Shown: positions 57,071-64,000 of the stretch, piece by piece
How the letters are laid out: the number at the start of each line of letters is the position of its first letter
How positions within the stretch are numbered: position 1 is the stretch's first letter
Assembly: GCA_038209365.1 (NCBI GenBank)
Contig: JBBQXS010000002.1
Location: 19,038-83,037, forward strand
Direction of reading: 5' to 3'
Source: Acidimicrobiia bacterium
GTDB lineage: Bacteria > Actinomycetota > Acidimicrobiia > IMCC26256 > PALSA-610
DNA length: 64,000 nucleotides
Translations under genes and position numbers: made by a program
The notes under the pieces: model-generated
What the model was told of the DNA's origin: nothing
The model's database searches: none
The model's input: only the letters and a program-made list of their open reading frames with translations

Positions 57071-59464
57071 CTAGGAGACCGGCGCGGGCGTCGCCTTGTC
57101 GATCGGCGCGTCGGGTGATGCCGCCAGCGTGGCGCCCGAACGCTTCGAGAACATGATCGCGGTGAGCAGCACGACCAGCGCGACCCCGGCAACGCTGTAC
57201 CGCGCGGCCTGATTGTCCTGCAGGCTGATCACTGCGGGGAGGATCAGCAGCGAGACAAGGTTCATCACCTTGATCAACGGGTTGAGCGCAGGACCCGCGG
57301 TGTCCTTGAAGGGGTCGCCGATCGTGTCGCCGATGACCGCGGCCTTGTGTGCGTCGGAGCCCTTCCCGCCGTAATGCCCGTCTTCGATGTACTTCTTCGC
57401 GTTGTCCCACGCGCCACCGGAGTTCGACAAGAAGTTCGCCATCAGCTGGCCGGTGAGAATGACGGCCGCGAGGAACGCGCCCAACGCGAGCGCGTTGATG
57501 CCGAACCCGATGATCACAGGAGTGAGCACGGCGAGGAGCGCGGGCGTGGCGAGCTCACGCAGCGATGCGGCGGTGCAGATGTCGATGACCGGCGCGTAGT
57601 CGGGCCGCTTCTCGCCACTCATGATCTTGCCGTCTGCGAATTGACGCCGAACCTCCTGCACGACGACGTTGGCGGTGCGCCCGACCGCGCGGATCGCCAG
57701 CCCGGAGAAGAGGAACGCCACCGATCCGCCGATGAGCAACCCGATGAACTGCTTCGGATCGGCGACATTGATCTTCACGAGATCGAAGACGTTCAAGACC
57801 TTACCGGTGATCGCGTCCTTGGTGCCGATCAAACTCGAGATCGCGTCGTCCTCGTTGCCGATCGTCTCGATGAAGCTTGCGAACAACGCGACTGCGGCGA
57901 TGACGGCCGAGCCGATCGCGAAGCCCTTGGTCACGGCCTTGGTGGTGTTGCCGACGGCGTCGAGGCTCACCATGATGCGTTCCGCTTCACCTTCGAACTC
58001 GCCCGACATCTCCGCGATGCCGGCCGCGTTGTCGGCGACGGGGCCGAACGTGTCCTCCGACACCACCACGCCGGTCGTCGCGAGCATGCCCATGCCCGTG
58101 AGCGCCACGAGATACAGCGAGAACTGGATCTTGCCGCCGCCGAGGCCGATCGCCGTTGCGAGCGCGCCGGAGATGGCGACGACTGCCCAGACCGACGACT
58201 CGAGGCCACTGCTGACGCCCGCGAGCACGGCGGTCGCGGGCCCACCCGTGGCCGCCGACTCCGCGATCTCCTGGACCGGCTTGGTCTCGGTGGAGGTGAA
58301 GTACTCCGTGATGCGCGACGCGACCTGCGCGAGCACGAGACCGGTGACGACCGCGCCGAACATCCGCCAACCCACGTTCGACAACAAGACATCTGGACCG
58401 TCGGGGTTCTTCACGTACACGAGCGCCAGCACCAGCGTGCCGATGATCGTGAGGACTCCTGCGGTCAGGAAGCCACGGTTGATCGGCGCCATCGCCGACT
58501 TGTCCTTCTCGGTGGCGCGCACGGCGAACACTCCCGCGATCGACGCGAGCACACCGAGGGCACGAGCCGCGAGCGGGAACAGCGCACCGATCGCCCAGAG
58601 CTCCGGACGCTCGGGGAAGATCACCTGGAACGCGGGGACGCCCAAGATGATCGATGCGACGAGCGTCACCTCGTAGGACTCGAAGAGGTCGGCCGCCATG
58701 CCCGCGCAGTCGCCGACGTTGTCGCCCACGTTGTCGGCGATCGTCGCAGGGTTACGGGGATCGTCTTCGGGAATTCCGGCCTCGACCTTGCCGACGAGGT
58801 CGGCACCGACGTCGGCTGCCTTCGTGAAGATGCCACCGCCGACACGGAGGAACAGCGCGAGGAGCGAACCACCGAACCCGAACCCCACGAGGATCGCCGA
58901 GCTCGTGTTCTGGAAGATCATGATGATGACCGTCGCGCCGAAGAGCCCGAGCCCGACCGTGAACATGCCGGCGATGCCGCCGGTTCGGAACGCCACCGAG
59001 AGGGCGCGCGGCATCGATCCGCTCTTCGCGGCCGCGGCGGTGCGCACGTTGCCGCGCACGGCGAGGCTCATGCCGATGAATCCGGTGAGTCCCGACATGA
59101 TGCAACCGAGGATGAACGCGCCGGTGCGGAAGACGCCGGATTGCGCGTACGAGAGTGCTTCGGCGCCGCCGGCCTTCTTCACCGACGTCGACGTGACGAA
59201 CACGATGACCGCGAGCGGGATCAGGATCACAGCGATCGTCTTGAACTGGCGACGCAGGTACGCCATCGCGCCTTCCTGGATCGCCTTGGCGATCTCGCGC
59301 ATCTTCGGCGTGCCCTCGTCCTCGGCCAGCACGCCTTTCATGAGGAAGAGGCCGACGAGGACGGCGAGCACCGCGGTCAGCGCGGACGCGATGAGGATCA
59401 GCCACTCACCTTCGTGCAAGTTGAAGACCTGGTAGCCACCTTCGGTGGCGAGCGCGTGCGTCAT
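57071..59464 (-). CDS. hppA: Membrane-bound pyrophosphatase, K+-independent type
   Basis: GGIFTKAADVGADLVGKVE, DNVGDNVGD, GNTTKA (Lys indicates K+-independent), GDTIGDPFKDT. Confidence 0.96.
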   Translation of the reverse strand: MTHALATEGGYQVFNLHEGEWLILIASALTAVLAVLVGLFLMKGVLAEDEGTPKMREIAKAIQEGAMAYLRRQFKTIAVILIPLAVIVFVTSTSVKKAGGAEALSYAQSGVFRTGAFILGCIMSGLTGFIGMSLAVRGNVRTAAAAKSGSMPRALSVAFRTGGIAGMFTVGLGLFGATVIIMIFQNTSSAILVGFGFGGSLLALFLRVGGGIFTKAADVGADLVGKVEAGIPEDDPRNPATIADNVGDNVGDCAGMAADLFESYEVTLVASIILGVPAFQVIFPERPELWAIGALFPLAARALGVLASIAGVFAVRATEKDKSAMAPINRGFLTAGVLTIIGTLVLALVYVKNPDGPDVLLSNVGWRMFGAVVTGLVLAQVASRITEYFTSTETKPVQEIAESAATGGPATAVLAGVSSGLESSVWAVVAISGALATAIGLGGGKIQFSLYLVALTGMGMLATTGVVVSEDTFGPVADNAAGIAEMSGEFEGEAERIMVSLDAVGNTTKAVTKGFAIGSAVIAAVALFASFIETIGNEDDAISSLIGTKDAITGKVLNVFDLVKINVADPKQFIGLLIGGSVAFLFSGLAIRAVGRTANVVVQEVRRQFADGKIMSGEKRPDYAPVIDICTAASLRELATPALLAVLTPVIIGFGINALALGAFLAAVILTGQLMANFLSNSGGAWDNAKKYIEDGHYGGKGSDAHKAAVIGDTIGDPFKDTAGPALNPLIKVMNLVSLLILPAVISLQDNQAARYSVAGVALVVLLTAIMFSKRSGATLAASPDAPIDKATPAPVS

Positions 59465-59485
59465 TGGACTTCCTCGGTCTCGGGG

Positions 59486-60142
59486 TTAGGCCGATTTCTG
59501 GACGTATACCTGGTTCGCGACAGTTGCACCGAGCGTGCGTTCCTTGCCGCCGACGCGGAGCACGAGCGGTCCGTCGAAGGGGTGCTTCTCTTTCACTTCC
59601 ACGACCACGCCCGGCCGCAAGCCGAGCGTGTCGAGGAAGGCAACGATCTCGGGATCCGTGGAGCCTGACACCGCGACGACGGCGGTGTCGCCCGGCTCGA
59701 GCGCGTACAGCGGCGGCATCAGCGGCAGCTCCGCGGTTTCCTTGGCCGGGATCGGGAACCCGTGCGGGCACGCCGCCGGACGATCGAGCGCCACGAACAA
59801 CCGGTCCTCGACCTCCTGGGGCAGGTCGTGCTCGAAGCTGGTCGCGAGCCGGTCGGCTTCGTTCCAGGCGTATCCCAGCATGTCGGCGAGGAAGCGCTCG
59901 ACGATGCGGTGCCGGCGGATCGACCCGATCGCCGCCCGGCGTCCGCCGTCGGTCAGCTCGACGCCCCGATAGGGCTTGTGGTCGACGAGGCCACGGTCGG
60001 CGAGGCGCTTCATGGTCGCAGTGATCGTGCCGGGCGAAAGGCCGAGCCGCTCGGCGAGGACCCCGGTGTGGGCGTCACCGTCGCCGGAGAGGCGATAGAT
60101 GGCCTTCAGCGCCTCGCGATCAGGTTTGGACAGGGCGTCCAC
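59486..60142 (-). CDS. DtxR/MntR family metal-dependent regulator with FeoA domain
   Basis: LKAIY, HTH, RRHRIVERFL, EH, CPHG.PIP, LGLRPG..V.V....PFDGP. Confidence 0.92.
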   Translation of the reverse strand: MDALSKPDREALKAIYRLSGDGDAHTGVLAERLGLSPGTITATMKRLADRGLVDHKPYRGVELTDGGRRAAIGSIRRHRIVERFLADMLGYAWNEADRLATSFEHDLPQEVEDRLFVALDRPAACPHGFPIPAKETAELPLMPPLYALEPGDTAVVAVSGSTDPEIVAFLDTLGLRPGVVVEVKEKHPFDGPLVLRVGGKERTLGATVANQVYVQKSA

Positions 60143-60169
60143 TTCGGATTCGATGCCGGGGAAGTTAAG

Positions 60170-60186
60170 TTTTGCCCCGACCAAAA
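60170..60186. promoter_or_regulatory. Candidate autoregulatory operator of the DtxR/MntR gene
   Basis: TTTTG-N7-CAAAA palindrome in an AT-rich patch just upstream of the regulator. Confidence 0.4.
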
Positions 60187-60187
60187 G

Positions 60188-62077
60188 TCAAGGTGTCGGC
60201 GGGCTCCCCTCCTGCTCCTCTTCGAGGTGGTACGGCACCGAGGTCACGACCGTTCCCTTGCGGTACAGGAGCCGGCCCTTGAGGAACAGCGCGCTCTGAT
60301 TGTGCAGGAGGTGGCTCCACCACGACGAGACGACGACCTCGGGGATGACGACGGTGATGATGTCGTTGTCGTAGCGGGCGTCGAGCTCGTCGATGAACCG
60401 CAAGATCGGCCGCGAGAGCTCCCGGTACGGCGAATACACGATCTCGAGTGGGATCTCGATGTGCCGCTCGGACCACGCGTCCTCGATGCGCTCGCGCTCC
60501 TCGTCGTCGGACACGACGGTGACCGCGAGCAGCCGGTTCGGTGCGAGCGAGCGTGCGTACGCGAGTGCTTCCAGCACGCCGCGATGCAAGCTGCCGACGA
60601 GCACGACGACGGTGTGGTTCATGCGGCGCGGGCGGAAGTCCGGCGCGACTCGAAGTGCCTGGGCGATCGTGTCGTAGTGCCGCTTGATGCCCTTGAACAA
60701 CAAGACGATCAACGGGATGACGACCAACGGCACCCACGCACCACCGGTGAACTTCGTCGACGCGATGACGATCGCGACGATTGCAGTGGCGATCGCGCCG
60801 ATGCCGTTCACGGTCGCATGGAATTGCCATCGCGACTCCCGCTCCTTTTGGTGGTGGCGAACCATGCCCGCCTGCGAGAGCGTGAACGAGACGAAGACAC
60901 CGACCGCGTACAGCGGGATCAGCGCGTTCGTCTTCCCGCCGAACACCGCGATCAGGATGCCGGCAAGAATCGCGAGCACGAGCACGCCGTTCGAGAACAC
61001 GAGACGGTCGCCACGGTTTGCGAGCTGCCGCGGCAGATAGCCGTCCCGGGCGATGATCGACGACAAGCGTGGAAAGTCCGCGTACGCCGTGTTGGCGGCG
61101 AGCGTGAGGATCCCCGCCGTCGCCAGCTGGAGGAACCAGAAGACGAAGTTGTCGCCGAACACCTGCTTGCCCATCTGCGCGAAGACCGTGACCTGCTCGC
61201 TGGGATACGGGCGGAGATGGTGGGCAAGGACCGACACCGCGAGGAACAGCGTCCCCAGGATCACCGCCATCCATGTGAGCGTCGTCGCGGCGTTTTTCGA
61301 CTCCTGGCGACGGAACGCGGGCACACCGTTCGAGATCGCCTCGACACCCGTGAGGGCGACCGCACCTGACGAGAAGCCCTTCAGCAACAAGAACAGCGTC
61401 AGATGGCCACCGGTCTCCTGCACGTTCTTCAGCGCCAGATGAGGATCGAACGCGACAGGATCGACGCCGCCGAACCACCCGAAGTACGTCTTCGTCAGCC
61501 CGAGGAACACCAGCGTGGTGAGGATGACGATGTACGCGTACGTCGGGAACGCGAAGATGCGGCCGGACTCCTTCACGCCGCGCAGATTGACGATGGTGAT
61601 GAAGGCGAGGATCCCGAGGCAGATCATCACCCGTGAGTCTCTTCCGCCCGCGAACTGCGGGATCGAGACGATCGCGGCGACACCGGCCGAGATCGACACC
61701 GCGACCGTGAGGATGTAATCGACGAGCAGCGACGCGCCGGCGACCAGCGACGGGATCTCGCCGAGGTTCTCACGGCTGACGATGTACGAGCCGCCGCCGC
61801 TCGGATAGGCATAGATCGTCTGGCGGTACGACGTGGCGACGATCGCGAGCAGGATCGCGACGGTGATCGCGATCGGCACGAGCTTCGAGAGCCCGAGCGC
61901 AAGGCTCGACGGCGCGACCGCGATGACGAACAAGATCTCTTCGGTTGCGTATGCGGTCGAAGAGATCGCGTCCGACGAGAACACCGCCAGCGCGATCGTC
62001 TTGCTCAGGCGTTGATGTTCTTGCTCGGACGTCGCGAGTGGGCGACCGACGAGCAGGCGCTTTACAGTGTCGAGCAA
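60188..62077 (-). CDS. APC family permease, KimA-like K+ transporter (copy 2)
   Basis: ALAVFSSDAISSTAYATEE, YPSGGGSY, ALTGVEAISNG, WWSHLLHNQSAL; divergent from trkA pair. Confidence 0.92.
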   Translation of the reverse strand: MLDTVKRLLVGRPLATSEQEHQRLSKTIALAVFSSDAISSTAYATEEILFVIAVAPSSLALGLSKLVPIAITVAILLAIVATSYRQTIYAYPSGGGSYIVSRENLGEIPSLVAGASLLVDYILTVAVSISAGVAAIVSIPQFAGGRDSRVMICLGILAFITIVNLRGVKESGRIFAFPTYAYIVILTTLVFLGLTKTYFGWFGGVDPVAFDPHLALKNVQETGGHLTLFLLLKGFSSGAVALTGVEAISNGVPAFRRQESKNAATTLTWMAVILGTLFLAVSVLAHHLRPYPSEQVTVFAQMGKQVFGDNFVFWFLQLATAGILTLAANTAYADFPRLSSIIARDGYLPRQLANRGDRLVFSNGVLVLAILAGILIAVFGGKTNALIPLYAVGVFVSFTLSQAGMVRHHQKERESRWQFHATVNGIGAIATAIVAIVIASTKFTGGAWVPLVVIPLIVLLFKGIKRHYDTIAQALRVAPDFRPRRMNHTVVVLVGSLHRGVLEALAYARSLAPNRLLAVTVVSDDEERERIEDAWSERHIEIPLEIVYSPYRELSRPILRFIDELDARYDNDIITVVIPEVVVSSWWSHLLHNQSALFLKGRLLYRKGTVVTSVPYHLEEEQEGSPPTP

Positions 62078-62223
62078 CTTCCGTTCCCGTCGGGTTGACC
62101 CGTTCGTGCGGGCGTCAGCATGCCATCCGTCGGGCGCGCCATCCGGCACCGGGTTTGTGCCGGAGCGCTCGTAGGGCCGTAGCATCCTGCGACTGCAGGA
62201 CCACTGGGGACACGGGAGGCCGG

Positions 62224-62883
62224 GTGCACGTCGTCGTCATCGGCTGCGGGCGGGTGGGCAGCGAGCTCGCGGCCGCGCTCCAGCTCGCGGGCCATTCGGT
62301 CGCCATCGTCGACAAGAACGCACGGGCCTTCCGCCGGCTGACGCCGGACTTCAAGGGCACGCAGGTCGTCGGCTTCGGGTTCGACCGCGACGACCTCGCC
62401 GAGGCGAACATCGACGGCGCCGGAGCTTTCGCCTCTGTGACGAACGGCGACAACTCCAACATCCTGTGTGCCCGCATCGCGCGCGAGACCTACGGGATCG
62501 AGCGCGTCGTCGCCCGGATCTACGACCCTCGCCGCGCGCTGATCTACCAGCGTCTGGGTATCCCGACCGTTGCGACCGTGGCGTGGACGACCGACCAGGT
62601 CCTGCGCCGCCTTCTGCCGGCGGAGACACTGCACGACTGGGTCGACGCCACCGGCAAGGTCGGTCTGGTCGAGCGCCCCATCCCGTCCAAGGCGATCGGA
62701 AAGAAGCTCGCCAAGCTCAATTGGCCGGGCCGGTTCTGGCTGACCGCCGTGACGCGCTTCGGCAAGGCGGAGGTCGTGACCAGCGACCTCGTCGGCCAGG
62801 AAGGCGACGTGCTCGTGTTCGTGAGCGCGATGGACGCGCTCGACGAGCTGCAAGCACACATCAACTCGGGCGGAGGTGACTGA
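62224..62883 (+). CDS. trkA: TrkA/CeoB-like RCK potassium uptake regulatory protein
   Basis: HVVVIGCGRVG, GFGFDRD, GDNSNI, ARIYDPRRA..YQRLGIPTVATV.WT. Confidence 0.92.
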   Translation: MHVVVIGCGRVGSELAAALQLAGHSVAIVDKNARAFRRLTPDFKGTQVVGFGFDRDDLAEANIDGAGAFASVTNGDNSNILCARIARETYGIERVVARIYDPRRALIYQRLGIPTVATVAWTTDQVLRRLLPAETLHDWVDATGKVGLVERPIPSKAIGKKLAKLNWPGRFWLTAVTRFGKAEVVTSDLVGQEGDVLVFVSAMDALDELQAHINSGGGD

Positions 62884-63545
62884 TGCGCGTCGCGATCGCC
62901 GGCGCCGGCAACGTCGGGCTGTTCCTCGCGAACGACCTCGCAGGCGCCGGTCATGAGGTGCAGATCATCGAGGAGAGCCCCGAGGTCGCGGCGCGGTCGC
63001 ACGCGGCCGAGGGCGTCGAGTGGCTGGTCGCCGACGCGTGCGAGGTGAGCTCGCTGCGACAGGCCGGCCTCGAGCGTTGCGACGTCGTGGTCGCCGCGAC
63101 CGGCGACGACGAGGACAACCTCGTGATCTCGTTGCTCGCCAAGCAGGAATTCGGCGTGCCGCGCGTTGTGGCGCGCGTCAATCATCCCAAGAACGAGTGG
63201 CTGTTCAACGAGAATTGGGGTGTCGACCTCTCGGTGTCGACGCCCCACCTCATCAGCGCGTTGGTCGAGGAAGCGGTGTCTGTCGGACGCCTCGTCCGCA
63301 TCCTGCAGTTCGAAGGCGGCAACGTCCAGTTGGTGGAGGTCACCCTTGCCGAGGATGCCCCGGTCGTCGACAAGGCGATCCGCGACCTCGACATACCGCG
63401 CGACGCGACGATCGTCGCAGTCGTGCGGTCGGAGCACGTCGTGATGCCTCGCGGCGACACAGTGTTCGAAGCCGGCGACGAAGTCCTCGCGATGGTGACG
63501 CGAGAATCTGAAGGCGACGTAAGAGACATCTTGACGGGCAGCTGA
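62883..63545 (+). CDS. trkA: TrkA/CeoC-like RCK_N + RCK_C protein
   Basis: MRVAIAGAGNVG, ATGDDEDNLV.SLLAK.EFGVPRVVARVN.PKNEWLF. Confidence 0.92.
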   Translation: MRVAIAGAGNVGLFLANDLAGAGHEVQIIEESPEVAARSHAAEGVEWLVADACEVSSLRQAGLERCDVVVAATGDDEDNLVISLLAKQEFGVPRVVARVNHPKNEWLFNENWGVDLSVSTPHLISALVEEAVSVGRLVRILQFEGGNVQLVEVTLAEDAPVVDKAIRDLDIPRDATIVAVVRSEHVVMPRGDTVFEAGDEVLAMVTRESEGDVRDILTGS

Positions 63546-63573
63546 GGTCGAACGCGCAGCCGCGGCCGCCCAG

Positions 63574-63924
63574 CTAGGAAAGCGTGTACACGGGGTTGTA
63601 CATGAAGCGTTCGGCGCCGTGCCGGGTGACGACTCCTTGGAGCACCACGCGACGGCCAGGGGTGAAGCCCGCGACCCGGCGGCGGCCGAGGAACACCGCC
63701 GTGATCGAACCCCGCCCGTCCATCACCGTCGCTTCGAGCGCGTCGGCGCCGGCCCGGGGGACGATGCGTACGGACCGCACCTCGCCCGCGACGGAGACCG
63801 GGCAGCGGCATTCGACCGCGTCGAGTGGCGTACCGCCGTGCGCGTCGCACCACGAGGTGAGCTTCTCGCGGTCGATCTCATCGGTCGGCTTCGTGAGCCG
63901 CTCTACGAATTTCCGCAGGGCCAC
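63574..63924 (-). CDS. OB-fold nucleic acid binding domain protein
   Basis: V.GEVRSV, LEA...DG, FLGRR.VAG, YNP.Y; typical neighbour of actinobacterial ceoBC. Confidence 0.85.
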   Translation of the reverse strand: MALRKFVERLTKPTDEIDREKLTSWCDAHGGTPLDAVECRCPVSVAGEVRSVRIVPRAGADALEATVMDGRGSITAVFLGRRRVAGFTPGRRVVLQGVVTRHGAERFMYNPVYTLS

Positions 63925-64000
63925 GAGCCCTCCTCGTGCATTTTTGCGTCAATTTTCAGTCGCAGGGTCCGCAGCGTACCCCCGTTCAGGTGGCAAGCTA

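Noticed and set aside
62078-62223. Possible c-di-AMP (ydaO) riboswitch upstream of the KimA-like gene
   Set aside because: Only simple hairpins (CCGGCAC..GTGCCGG, TCCTGC..GCAGGA); the conserved ydaO sequence blocks were not found on either strand.

Overview
High-GC actinobacterial chromosome segment. Gene content and synteny suggest class Acidimicrobiia (inference). Most of it is core genome: cysS-ispF-ispD-PIN/TRAM, crp, disA-radA, clpC, lysS, coaX-nadC-nadB-panD-panC-DUF2520-folK-folB, pyk, folP-folE-hpt-tilS, sigH-rsrA, tRNA-Thr(CGT), holB-tmk-MFS-topA, a K+-independent membrane pyrophosphatase, a DtxR/MntR regulator and a KimA-like/TrkA/TrkA K+ locus. An accessory-looking block at about 31-46.5 kb holds surface proteins, a GT-C glycosyltransferase, WS/DGAT and an unusual nitrogen/potassium module: amt (frameshifted), glnK, DUF4118 and a second KimA-like transporter. 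The most novel candidate is an unannotated leader ORF ahead of amt. It has a signal-peptide-like N-terminus and a C-terminal RGPP ribosome-arrest-type motif, and lies downstream of GlnR-like boxes. Other notable signals are a family of intergenic hairpin elements with GAGCG-rich loops (one flanked by a strand-specific synonymous substitution gradient), a LexA box plus a PafBC-type promoter on radA, a CRP site, a SigH-type promoter, two apparent pseudo-enzymes, and several frameshifts that may be assembly indels. No integrase, transposase, CRISPR array or rRNA was seen. All calls are by eye; no database searches were run.
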